From Fimbriosthenelais zetlandica (lineage: Eukaryota): a stretch of 64,000 bases of DNA. The translations under genes and the position numbers were made by a program. Below the pieces are notes generated by a model. That model saw nothing but the letters and a program-made list of their open reading frames with translations. It made no database searches and was not told the origin of the DNA. Each line of letters begins with the position of its first letter. Position 1 is the stretch's first letter. The stretch is from NCBI GenBank assembly GCA_977030845.1, contig OZ365110.1, positions 19,096,001 through 19,160,000 of the forward strand, given 5' to 3'. Shown piece by piece: positions 1-12,113 of the stretch.

Positions 1-3000
1 TCAGGATAATGTTCATGAGCCATATGTGATTTATAATCTATTTATAATCTATCTTAAAAGATATATCTGATTAATAATTTATTGCGAAGAAGGCTCCATT
101 GTTGGGGATTTTTAAAACGTTCATTTCTTATAATTATTCCCTTAAATATTATATGCTCAGACTCTGATCGTCGTTACCCGAAAAAGAGAAAAAAGTGACG
201 GATGTCTGCATAAAATATTATAATTGATCCATGCATTGTTGGGAAATTAAATTGTCATCCCAAACCAGCCATCAGTGAGCCTTCAAACAGGCAACAACCA
301 ATAGATATTTTTATGGATTCAAACTTTCATGTAGAACCCAAGCCGCTGAAAAATGGTAAAAACAGGATTAGGTGGATTAGTGAGGGAAATGAACTCAATC
401 AACTATTTATGACATTCGGAATGATTTTCCTGACATTACTCAGGTACTGTTCCAGAGAGAATGTCTACTCAAATGTTTTTCCTTTTTTAAGGTTGGGATC
501 ATGCCATGCCTTCTTTGGTTTCTTTCCTCTTCAAGGCAATGACCAATGTTTAACATTTCTTTACGAGCTCATTTCGGCTGGTCTTAAATTCCCATTTTGA
601 AATCAGCTGCTTTAAAAAGCCATGTGCCGAAATCCTTGTGTTGACGAATAAAGAAAATATGAAGCAGGCAGAATACTTTACTCTGATTTAGGGCTGGGTC
701 TAATGTCCAATAGAAGTCTTAAATCTTTTTTCAAGAAGGTTTTGGGACTTTATGCATTCAATACCTCCTGGTAAAGTAGCAAGTTTAGTACCTTCAGTTA
801 ATTTATGATCCGTCTGGCTTTCCTGATTATTTTTCATGTTGCCATGCCCTCGGTAGATATCCCTGCTTAGTCTTAGTCATGAAAATGGGAAGCTAGACAT
901 ACTCCATCGTGAATATGGTCCCATGTTAAGGCTGGTGCCGTCTACAGCATTCAGTAGCATTCCACAAACCCCTTTGGGAATTCATTTTTCAGTTCTTGGA
1001 GTTTTAGTTATTTTGGTCATTGTCATTGTCATACAACATAGGTCTTCATCATATTGTCAACTACGCATAGAGGCAATCTGACCAGTATTTTCCATTATCA
1101 ATTGTGTTACAGTAGATCTACATTGGTTATTCGTCCATCTACCAGGTCCATGCCATTAGGGAATCTGCCATATACCATTTGGCCAGCAGTAGTCTCGTAC
1201 TTCTTGGTACTAGAGAAAGTAGCCACCTGCAGTTGCATGGGATGATAAACTGGCAGTTTATTGGGAAGAGATGTCCTGTAGATCTTTGCAGTATTAGATG
1301 TGAAAGGAACTGTATGACAGGATGGCCTGCTGGCAGTCAAGACACGTTTACATCCATCAGAAAAAAGAAAAAAAGCTTTTCTGGTAGAAAGTGAGAAGCC
1401 CATTGCCTTTGGAAAGCTGATGGCAGCAGAGACTGTGAGCAAATATATCCCCCAGCCTGTGTGTCTCAGAATAACGAATGTATTTGATGCTACACTGAAC
1501 ACATTATTGCTATTTCCAAGAGATGGCTTCAGGCATATAAAACATGAGGAGCAATGGCTTCTTCCGTCCCTCTAGGATCCAGGCATATCAGAGGGATATG
1601 CCTATCACCAGCGAACAGCTTTCATTGAGGCCTTCTATCCTTTATCTTTTTGATGGGCAAGTTATCTATCACTATTGGGGACTAATCGATCAGATCCTGC
1701 ATTGAAGGGAAAAAGCCTGGATCAACTAATGGAAACATCACGTAGTGGATCCAGTCGATTAACCAGGCTTTTCATTGGACCAGTGAAGCAAGAATATTGA
1801 GAAGTTAATATGGCAAATCCCTTTCGAATATTTCACGGGGATTTATAAGTGTGGTATAATATTCAATCCAATGAATAGTTCTGGAAAAGTCCTATAATTA
1901 GGGATACATTATATAGATGCATGATGGGTCCCCATTGCTCTTATATTTCAGACAGATGGACAAAAAGAATATGATAAACCTTAATTATGATAGATCTAGA
2001 TACAGGATCAGCACAAATCTCAGCCAATGGTCATTGCTTTGTAGGCATACTGATATATCCCGACTCCCTTAGGTTTTTAGAAAGACATTCTAGTTAAGAA
2101 TTAGGAAATGGATGAAATTTTCCAGCTGCCATTAAGTCGTGTGACACAGAATTTCCTATATATAGAGAGGCCCAACCAGCCACTTCATGAGAAGAGAAGA
2201 GAGCTCTGTGATAAAATCAAGGCTTTATAAAAGCAAGAGTCCTTTTTTTGCTCCTTTTCCCTGTATTGATTTTCTGTCAACAGGCTTGATATAACATGAA
2301 GTCTGGCAGATCAAGCTGAATTTTACACGAGAAAAACATCCCACTCTAATATGCATCCCTTCTGCAAATTTGATGTTCAACGTCTCAAAGGGACCTCAAT
2401 TGGCTCATCTCGCATCTATTCAACTGGTTTCTATTCGGGGAGTAATTCCATAAACATTTCAACTCAAAATCTGCTCGGCAATGAAATGAAATTTGAAATG
2501 AAGATGACAGTTACACGGAATTGACCTATCTGAAATCTTCAACTCCAATTATATATTTCGGAGAAGAATTTGACAGCGAATCTCAATGTGAGGAATTGTA
2601 AAACCAAGACTTATCCAATTTTCAGAAGTATTTACCCTGGAATCAATATATCCTGCAGGATATTGACCGACAGGCTGACTGGTCAGCCACAGATACAAAA
2701 CTACTAGTGAAGAAACCAAGAAAATATGATTGATTTGTGTCATCGATTTAGTCCTTGAGCCAGTGCCAGATGGAAAATGAACCATGGGGTTGCTCCCTAG
2801 AGAATAACATAGCCTTGGCTATAAATAGACTGTTATATCCCTATAATATCTAGTCCTTCACTTATACTGACATAGTTTAGGTCTCTTTCCCTTATTTATT
2901 ACAGCTTAATCCTTAATCCGTCTCCATTATGGCGCAGAAAGGCAATCATAAGAGCTACGTTATCACTGATATATTGTTATGACTGATGTTTTTCACACTC

Positions 3001-3681
3001 CCAGATGGAGTCATGAATACAATAAAGTTTTGCCTAGGTTTTTTCATATCAGCTTCCATCTATTTAAATCCTTCAATAAAATACATGAAGTCATATATAT
3101 TTTGTGTCATATTTTAAGGTACCTTGCCTTTCAGAACCCAAGGTTGGGTGACAGAAATCAATAATTTAATCCGTCCTCCATAATCCCCTTCTTATATCCA
3201 ACCTTCTGCAAATTTATATACTATCCACTAGGACTATAATTAGCCTTGAATAGGTTGGGATGAGTATGTACATTCTTCAATAATAGATCAATCTAATTAT
3301 ATAATTATATAGGTAGAAAACCCAGAATGAAATTCGGTGCTATAAGTATAACGAATCTACATTTAGCTCAAAGAGTTTAGTGATAAATGAACAGACTAAT
3401 AATTCATTCTCTTTCTGGGAGAGTATCAGTCTTCCATCCAAATGACCTATCGATATTGAGTAGGGACCTTTTCGAATTCCAGGTTTTCCTCAGCAATAGC
3501 TGTTACAGATTGATTATAACCTTTGCCGTTCAGACAATCAGTCTTCGGTTGTACCTGTGATTTTCCCGCTTCAGTATATAAAACTAGAATTATTTTATAA
3601 CTAAACATAATACATCAATGGAGAAATTTAATTTAATGACTAAATAAGAAAAACATCAAACTTTATTCTTTCCTACTTCAG

Positions 3682-6652
3682 GGAGTGCAGGATATGCATC
3701 AGTGGAATCATCAGAAGAGCCATTGAAAGAGGAGGATGGAGACTTCCCCTGGTACTTTCATGAAAAGCAATCTGATTATCAAGATTTGTTCGACTATGAT
3801 CACAAGCAGAAACAATCATGCCCTTCTTCATCTAATTATGCAGGATGGAATGTGGGGGCAGACTCCAGTGAAGACTCGACCTGTAGAACAGGCAAGTAGC
3901 TCTGGAACTCCAGAAACTCCAGAAACCGTTATTGATCTGAGTTTTATTTACTGTTTTATTGATATTGTTCACTTCCTCTTACTGTGCTGTAATTTACGTG
4001 TCTGTGTCTCTTGAACATTTTAATGGGGTAATTTCACTGGAATTTCTGTCGCAACTGCCAAATCTGCCGCAATTAGCACTGCACTGCCATTCATATCCAT
4101 TTATAATAGAAAATAATAGCATATAGTTTATGTTGCATTTCCTCAGATGAGATCTTCAAATGGTCCAAGTGGTCACCATGGGGAGATTGTAGTGTTACTT
4201 GTGGTACTGGTATCAAATCACGAAGGCGGATTTGTCTGGATTCAAGGAACTTTACTGTTGTGTCTCCTGAGGGGCGGTGCAAAGGCAAGGCCCTGATTGA
4301 TGAGGCCTGTGTAGCCCAGCCTTGTAAATCAGGTAAATTCCAGAGAGATGTCAGCTGAAATTTTGTATTTTCTTCTACCAAGTAAGCACTTATAATGCAA
4401 TTTGGAACGCCGCAACAGTAGCAATAGAAATTTCATGTAAAGAAATGTGCTCATCTATCCCTATTTCTGTCTTCCAGACAAGGCTGAAACAAACAAAGTA
4501 AGTATTTGGCACTAAAGATGTGCTACCGCATCTAAACCACCCACTATAGATGAAAGCTAGAAGTCCTGAATGTTTCTTATTTTGATAAATAAGTATGACT
4601 CACATGTATTGGAAAAGGACGAATATCAACTAGATCAACAATGGTAGTAATTAATCCCATGCTTTGCAGCATCTTCGTATTTCTCTTGTAAAACCTTTCT
4701 TTCTCACAATACAGAAATTTACTGACGAAGAGGAAGGAGAGTCAAAAAATGTTGAAAATGATGGTGACTTTGAAAATGGTGAAGGAAATGAGAAACATGG
4801 AGAAGATAGGGCAGGCCAGCATGACGAGCAGGATGAGGACTTCCGAGAATGTGAAGGTAACAACAAAGAGGGCCGTGAGAAGGCAAGAGGTGAGGAGGAT
4901 CAAAAACAGCAAAATGGAGATGATGGTCCAAATGCTGAGGAGGATGCGGAGAAAATAGAGGCTGAAGAGGCCACCAAAACAGAAAGTGAAAGAAAGGACG
5001 CAAATGAGGATAAAAATGATGACGATGGGAATAACCATGATGAGGGTGGTCAAGGTGAAGGGGCAGATGATGCTGAGGCAGATGAAGATGAGGGCAAGAA
5101 TGAACAACAAAATCAGGAACAGGACCAGGAAGAGGAAAACAAAGATGGTGGTGAAAAAGATAAAGGTGGTGAAAAAGATAAAGTTGATGGAGAGGAGGAT
5201 GAAAAAGATGGACAGGAAGCGAGTGATGGCATTAATTCTGCTGAAGATGACAACCAAGATGATGACGACGATAATGACGATGACGATAACGACGATGACG
5301 AAGATGACGACGAGACTGGAAACAAGAAGAAGAGGAAAAGACCACCTGAAGAGGAAGAAGATGAAGAGGAAGAAGACAAAGATGAGGAAGAGGAGGAAAA
5401 GAAAAAGAAGAAAAGGAAAAAGAAGAAAAAGAAAAAGAAGAAGAAAAAGAAAGCTGAAAATGCAGAATGCACAAATAGTACTTCGAGGGAAACCTCAGTT
5501 GACGGTGCCCCCATTACTCCAATGACAGTGTCAGGTCTGATGGCCTTTGCAGCTGTCCCGAAGTCCTCAAGGAAATCCACGGCATCCACACCCAGAACTC
5601 CAATGACACCTGACAGTGACTTTGATGGTCAAAGTCTTGGAGAAGTTTCATGGACATCTACTTCTTCAATACAGTCTGCAAGTTCCTATTTGTCCAATGA
5701 GTCTGCCATGTCAGGACAAACTGACACCAGTTACACGGAAGCTTCCTGTGATAGTTCATCCTCCTCATACACTGAAGATTCCTCAAGCTCCTCCTCTGGA
5801 GAGTCTTACGAAACTTCATCTGGTGTGGAAGAAGAAGAGGAGTCCTCATCTCCACCAACCACTGCCTCAACATCTGCAGAGGCTAAATCCTCGCCATCAC
5901 CCTCCTCTTCACTATCCAATGGTGCCACCTCTCGGCCAAGCCTGGAAAGTCCCCTGAAAAGTCCTGTTACAAGACCAGGAACTAGTAGTGATCCCAGTTC
6001 AAGTGAACCCCTGGAACCTATTGTAATCCTCCCCTCGGGTGACTCGGTGCAAAGGGATCTCATCAGTCAATCTGGAGGTGTTGAGAGAGACACATTAACC
6101 ATCCCCGAATCTCACTATAGTGATGCTCAAGAGAATCTCAGCTCATCCAAAGACTTGGAGGAGGTGGGGATTTTGTCAGGTTTGGTCACAGAAAAACCAA
6201 GCTCATCAATACCCGAGAGTCCTCTGACTGAAGATGAAGTTTTCATGTCAACAGAGGAGAATATTAATGCAAGTAAACCCACTACTACTAGTAGTAGCAG
6301 GCCAAAGAAGCTTTCCCTTAGCTGTTGTGTTCAATGTGCACCTGAGAGCCCAATAGAAGAATCTGAACAAGATAAAAGTAGGAGTAGTATTAAAGGTGCC
6401 AGCCCAGTTGAAGATGTGACAGGGGGTGGTGCTACTGGTCCTTTGGACCAGCACGACTCAGTGAAATCCCCCAGTAATGAAGGACACCATGGACATGCAA
6501 TTAAATCCCCCTCGGGACAGACCAAAACTACTTTACAGAGTCCAGAAACCTTACCCCATGCAAATAGGTGTAAAGAAATAAAAGACAACGAACCAACATC
6601 ATCCAATCAGAGGTGTGACACTAAAACTATTACTAATGAATCAGTTACCTAA
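3682..6652 (+). CDS. 3' part of an uncharacterised acidic, Lys/Ser-rich, probably disordered protein (5' exons not found in window)
   Basis: Exons 3682-3891 (phase 1-1, ttcag acceptor, AG/GCAAGT donor), 4478-4497 (20 nt, ttccag / gtaagt) and 4715-6652 (tacag acceptor; 646 codons of the 662-aa ORF). Phases join without a stop: ...STCRT-DKAETNK-KFTDEEEG... The product has D/E tracts, an 18-residue K/R run and an S/P/T-rich tail; no recognisable domain. Confidence 0.75.
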
Positions 6653-8576
6653 TCTCAAACTTACATATCAAATATATATCAATAATTATTACTGATTAGC
6701 AAATTATGCAGTATGTTGCCTTGGTGATGGAAGCAGCACCTTTGACCTTCTTTATTGTTTCGATTTTCTTTATCGATAGGGCGTTGAATTTCCAGTGATT
6801 GTATCATAGTATAGAGCTACTATCTATGACACATTTTATCATATCGAATACTGACCATCTACACTTCACTTCAATATTCATTCTTTGAATCTAATTATCC
6901 TATTTGTGTCTACATGAGTAGGTCTTTGTAGTATCAATGATGCACCTTAGCCTACACTAGGTCTAGAGGCCAGTATTACATATCATTCTTCTGAATTTCT
7001 TTTATCTTTAGACACAAATCTTTCGAGTGCAGGGGTCTGTTTCATAAAAACGATCCATGACTGTGCTACTAATAATAGAAGTCTAGGCTGAATTTACTTA
7101 CATTATACTACCTTTTAAAAAGGTATTAGAATCTGCCTAAAGCCCAATCATTTACTAGTGGTTTGTTGTGAAGGTACAAGAGAAGACTGAAATTATGTTG
7201 GCTGTGAGTCTAACTGGAAGGTTCTATTTTGATACATTGCTATCCTGTGACTAGAGATTAATCCAAGTTGAGATTTCACGTTGAATAATTACTTGTTAAT
7301 CCTGCCCAATGAAACTTGGCATGGTGAGAATATCTTATAATCAATCATCATCTCATGTTTGATCCAAATAAAAATCATCCTATATAGTGTTTACCACTCT
7401 TTATTCCTCTTTATTATAATTCATGAAATTTTCGCAGACTGACTCTTTATAACATAACTCACGATCTGAGTCATATTCTATCCTCAATAAAACCACCTGT
7501 AATCCTGAAGTGAGAGAGGGCAATAATCTATCCAATATATTTATTGTAGGAATGTAATTGTAAATGCGTCCTTTACGTAGAAAGCAACGATTTAGCAAAA
7601 GACCTCATAAAACAAAATGTGACCACTCTGGCACAATTGTCCGTCATGCATCTGTGAGTCATCTAACCTACTTGCGCTATTATTAGTCCGTGTAACCTAA
7701 CGTAGACCTATCACGTGTGAAAATTCATCTTTGATATATCCAGCTCAAGATAATGATCTTAAAAAGAATCTAAAATTATATGAAAAAAAGTGTATTAAAA
7801 GAATGATATTATGTACCCTGCATTGTGATTGGATATCAGCAGGTACATCGGGGAATCTATTTGTTCTTGCTTTGACATTGATTTGAGGTCAAACCAGAGA
7901 TCGAGACAGAAAACGAGGGAACTGGAGCGTGTGGCATGGGGAATATATAACTGAAGGAAATACTTAAGGTGTATCGTAAGTACAGCTATTGTACAGGTGA
8001 GGATCCCTATACAATGTGTACATCACATGGAGGGTTGAAAAGAATAATATTTGTTCCTAATTTGTGAATAGGAAGAGGAGTCTGAACAGTTGTGGAGTTT
8101 TCAATATTGAGCATTATTGCTGGTGGTAGATCGATAGGGCGATGCCAAACTGGTTGTTGCAGAAGTGGGGGAAGAGCAGCAGCAGCAATAGTTGCTGCTC
8201 TCACTACCAGACAGAACTGTATATGAAAAGCAGCAGCAGCAGCTGGAGGCAACCAGGCAAGTGCAGGCAGTCAATACTGACAGTCACAGCCTTCTAATAC
8301 TGCCAGACACCACCCAGCAGATGTATGGAAGAATATACAGAAGCAAACCACCCTGACTACCAACTTAATACTTATTTACTCAGTTTATGGCAATCCTTGA
8401 ATTGATCAGAAACTGGTTACATCCTCTACTAACTGGATGCATACTCAAAGCAATGAGTGGATCTCATATCAGTTAGTGGTCTCAGATTGTGTCAGTGGGG
8501 TTAGGTGCAGACTGGATATATACCCTATACTGGAGTACTGCCATCTGTTCCCTGCGTATGAGAAGTAGAAGACAAA

Positions 8577-11500
8577 ATGGCACTGTCAGTGGTCACTAAG
8601 TGCAAGGTGTTTTGTACTATTTTAATATTCTACCTTGTAGTCATATTGCTTGGATCCTCCGAAGGATTTCCAACCCAGAGAGATGCTACTAGCCCCACTG
8701 GGAAAGCATCCAAATTAGCCGACGAGCTCAGTCCAGGGGAAAGGAACCGCCAGAAGGCAAAACTAGATCCAGGTCTAAATCCTACTGCAAAACAAGATGG
8801 GATTGTTTATGCAAATCTACCTAAGGACAAGTTGAATGGAAATAAGAGGGTGGATAAAGGTTTAGTCACACGGAGTGTTAATTCATCAGTTAAAACAGGC
8901 CTTTGTGATCTGTACACTACAGATCCTGATATATACGGTAAAATAGCTAAGTATGTTCGTGATGGAGCAAAACTTTTAGAATACAACCTGAAATTTCCTG
9001 AATATGATACCAATCCACTGCTTGTCAACATGAGTAACAACTACATGGCAAGCAGGTGGGCAAGGGCTTTCACCAATCATGGCAAAACGCTATTGGCATT
9101 ATCCTTCAATTATAAAGTCCTTTCTCTATCCATGTTGTCATTTGGAGTGGAAAAGATTGATGTCGAGATTGTTGATGCCCCAAGAGGATGCTTTGGAACT
9201 TACGATGTAGATGGTAAACTGGATAAGATCATGGCTGTGGTGATGTCAGATTTCAGACTTCAGTATGAAGAAAGACAGTGGGTGGGAGAGTATGACTACG
9301 CTTGTCACCAGGTCATATCCCATGATGAAGATGACGTGGGTAACTTTCAATATAGATGCTGCGAAAGAAGTCAAGAAGGTCATCACATATTCTGCACAGA
9401 GGACATGTCAGTGAAATGGATCTCGATTATGTTTGTTTTAGTTGTCTTGTTAAAGACAACTGCCTTCCTGACAGGTCCCATCTTCTTGAACAGAATTGTC
9501 TACAGCGACTCGTTGAGGCAAGCAGATTACATTGTAAAACTGAAAGATCAAATGCGGAAGACTATATTGGTGAAGAAAGTTAAAGTACCAACTGACAGTT
9601 CTATTACTGAGTCAAATGATGCTAAGGATTTCTGTACTTTCAAGCATGTTGTCAAGAATGTGGCCCCTGAACGTATAAACTATGTGACTTTTAAGAAACT
9701 CCAGTTAAGAATAGATCACCGTACTCTCATGACTGAGACATCAGTGCCTGTAGGGTTGTGGCTCTTCATATATAAGAACTTTTTCAAATGTAGATTTCTA
9801 AGATGGGAACCATTCCATACTTGCTGCAAAGAAAGCATATTTGGAAGTTGGTCAAAGTATTTCCTTTGGCTTAAACTGAGGAAGCATTCTGACTGCAATG
9901 CTAGCTGCAAAAAGTACTGCTCTTGGTCAAAGATATTCAACCTACTTGGTGGCGTACTGCTTCTCCTTGCAGTCCCCATTCCCTACTATGTTAGGGTAAG
10001 CATATATTATGCCTACGAAGAAAAGGAAGTGCTGGCCCGGAAGGAAGCAATAGAGGATCTTGGTCTAAAATATCCTTGGGAACACACACTTATACATTAC
10101 ATCGACCCTAAACACACACTTATGGTGTTACTCTACATAACGTATGGTCTCTCTTTTGTCCTTCTCGTTGCTTTCAGATCTTGCAATGCAAGCAAGTTTG
10201 ATCCAATTGCAGTAGGTGCAGTCCATGACATGAGGCAAGTAAATCGGGTAGAATGTATCCGCTTGATTCTGGCCCACTTTGTCCTGCCCTTTGAGAAGTT
10301 TGGAATTTGTGGATTCCTTGTGGGTATTATCTACTGGCCAATCATCATTCCACTCTGTATGGCCCTGAGTTTCTTCTACTGTGTCCCAACACTCTATCTT
10401 CTCGGGAGGTTCCTTGTTCATGCAAGACCAACGTTCCTGAGAAACAAACCGACTCCAACTTCGCCGACACATTTCTTAAGGCACAGCAAAAAACATGGCA
10501 CTCTTTCCCATGGAACTACGTCCTTTGAGACATGCTTCCTACTTGAAAGCATCAGTCCAAGCAATGTTCATGCAAAAGAGGAAAATTGTTTCAGCTGTTC
10601 CATAAGCCGACAGATATGTTATACGAATTTCCTATCTGTGATTGTGGGCTTGTTGTGCAGTGTCTTCATGTTAAGTGTCCTGGTACTTTTTGCGGATGTT
10701 CTTGGGTTTGTTGTAGAAGTTTTTGTGTTCACATTAATGGGAGCAGTTGTAAATGCCAGCAGTGCAGCCAAGTACTTGATGTTAGCCTTCTGGATCATGG
10801 TTTACAGCACTTCATGTTTTAACAATGTATATGACCAGTATCTTGACTTAAATGAGAAACTGTTCAGTTTCATAAAAGGCAAACTCAATGATGAGATCAA
10901 GGAAGTCACCCTGCTTCGTGATGAACTTCAGAAAAATACAGCTTTTAAATTCTTTAATCAACAGGATCTATTCAAACTAAGGGATATGGAAATTGAAGAA
11001 GAACTCGATAGTGACATTGAAACTGAAGAAGATCGGACCAAGGTAAAAGAAAGCTATAAGGGATATGGTGATGATAATGATTCTATTGAATATATTTCTG
11101 ACTGCCTACATTGGCGTGTCCATAGTTTAATATTATTCATTGACAGTCGTGATGAACCTAGAATACCCAAAGATCTCTTCCATGAAATCTGTAAAATTGA
11201 GGCTCCTGGGTGTCCAGGTCCTATACACAGGAGCCTCCTGCGAGCCTTTAGGCAGCTTGGGTACATGGTCATTTTTATTATCTTTGTCCTGATAACAGTG
11301 ATGGCTTTTGGTGATGCATACAAAATATCCACAACCAATCAATTGCTTGTAACCCTGGCAGGTGGTTTCCTACCATTTGTTATTCGGTTCGTGATCAAAC
11401 CAAAAACATACTCAGTCGATTTGAATTCCTATTCATTTGAGGGGAAGATCCATCAGATTATCTATAAATTCCAGCAAGCTTGGCCCGTTTATGACTTGTC

Positions 11501-12113
11501 ATTCAGGGTAGAAAGCACTGAGGTCGTTCCTGAACGCCCACCACCTGGCGACGATGGTGGAAATGAAGATGGCGGACCAGATGGTCCTGACCAAAGCCGA
11601 ACCACCAATCCCCAGGGTGTGAACCGTAACGAGACAACACACGTTGATCTCTTCATAACCATTCGAGATGACATGGATGATAACATCCACAACGAACCTG
11701 GAAGCTTTGGTTCCAGGGGTTCCCTCCCTCCAGATCATTCTGGAGCCCGCATGAGTCCAGACGATCCGGCATCCTACGGGATAAATAACCCTACCAATGC
11801 CAACATACCAAATCAAGACAGGCGGTGGGGTGGATTATCCTACCAGAGTTCTGGAACTCAAACAAGTGATACACCTGGGCGAAGCAGGCCTCCCTCCTAT
11901 CCTTCCAATACAAGTACCTCGACTGAAGTGCAGACTTCACCTGGTAGTTTCAGGCCTGTTGATCTCACTGTAGATATGGTTAGAGGTGGTTTTCGGGTGC
12001 GCAATCAGACGACCCAGGACGGAGGTTCTGAAAATGGGACCACAATGTGGGGGCGGGGCTCCCCTTATAGGAGGGTTCCGAGTGTTCCCTCCAAAGATGA
12101 GTCATCAGTTTAG
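8577..12113 (+). CDS. Intronless 1178-aa orphan multi-pass membrane protein (signal peptide, Cys-containing ectodomain, about 9-11 hydrophobic helices, disordered tail ending ESSV)
   Basis: Single 3537-nt ORF starting aaaATGG. Hydrophobic N-terminus up to ...LLGSSEG; TM-like segments include WISIMFVLVVLL, IFNLLGGVLLLLAVPIPYY, LMVLLYITYGLSFVLLVAF, FGICGFLVGIIYWPIIIPLCMALSFFY, FLSVIVGLLCSVFMLSVLVLFADVLGFVVEVFVFTLMG, YLMLAFWIMVY, LGYMVIFIIFVLITVMAFG and LLVTLAGGFLPFVIRFVI. No family I can name. Confidence 0.9.
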   Translation: MALSVVTKCKVFCTILIFYLVVILLGSSEGFPTQRDATSPTGKASKLADELSPGERNRQKAKLDPGLNPTAKQDGIVYANLPKDKLNGNKRVDKGLVTRSVNSSVKTGLCDLYTTDPDIYGKIAKYVRDGAKLLEYNLKFPEYDTNPLLVNMSNNYMASRWARAFTNHGKTLLALSFNYKVLSLSMLSFGVEKIDVEIVDAPRGCFGTYDVDGKLDKIMAVVMSDFRLQYEERQWVGEYDYACHQVISHDEDDVGNFQYRCCERSQEGHHIFCTEDMSVKWISIMFVLVVLLKTTAFLTGPIFLNRIVYSDSLRQADYIVKLKDQMRKTILVKKVKVPTDSSITESNDAKDFCTFKHVVKNVAPERINYVTFKKLQLRIDHRTLMTETSVPVGLWLFIYKNFFKCRFLRWEPFHTCCKESIFGSWSKYFLWLKLRKHSDCNASCKKYCSWSKIFNLLGGVLLLLAVPIPYYVRVSIYYAYEEKEVLARKEAIEDLGLKYPWEHTLIHYIDPKHTLMVLLYITYGLSFVLLVAFRSCNASKFDPIAVGAVHDMRQVNRVECIRLILAHFVLPFEKFGICGFLVGIIYWPIIIPLCMALSFFYCVPTLYLLGRFLVHARPTFLRNKPTPTSPTHFLRHSKKHGTLSHGTTSFETCFLLESISPSNVHAKEENCFSCSISRQICYTNFLSVIVGLLCSVFMLSVLVLFADVLGFVVEVFVFTLMGAVVNASSAAKYLMLAFWIMVYSTSCFNNVYDQYLDLNEKLFSFIKGKLNDEIKEVTLLRDELQKNTAFKFFNQQDLFKLRDMEIEEELDSDIETEEDRTKVKESYKGYGDDNDSIEYISDCLHWRVHSLILFIDSRDEPRIPKDLFHEICKIEAPGCPGPIHRSLLRAFRQLGYMVIFIIFVLITVMAFGDAYKISTTNQLLVTLAGGFLPFVIRFVIKPKTYSVDLNSYSFEGKIHQIIYKFQQAWPVYDLSFRVESTEVVPERPPPGDDGGNEDGGPDGPDQSRTTNPQGVNRNETTHVDLFITIRDDMDDNIHNEPGSFGSRGSLPPDHSGARMSPDDPASYGINNPTNANIPNQDRRWGGLSYQSSGTQTSDTPGRSRPPSYPSNTSTSTEVQTSPGSFRPVDLTVDMVRGGFRVRNQTTQDGGSENGTTMWGRGSPYRRVPSVPSKDESSV

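Noticed and set aside
160-200. Candidate upstream exon of the first gene (DSDRRYPKKRK)
   Set aside because: Donor is weak and in phase 2, whereas exon 3682 needs phase 1; the frame otherwise hits TGA.
4035-4437. Possible MITE in the GC-AG intron
   Set aside because: Putative TIRs match at only about two thirds of positions; no TSD.
4651-5589. Minus-strand hydrophobic or poly-S/F ORFs and off-frame + ORFs over the acidic exon
   Set aside because: They are shadows of GAA/GAT/AAG-rich codons, whose complements lack stops; they have no splice or start context of their own.
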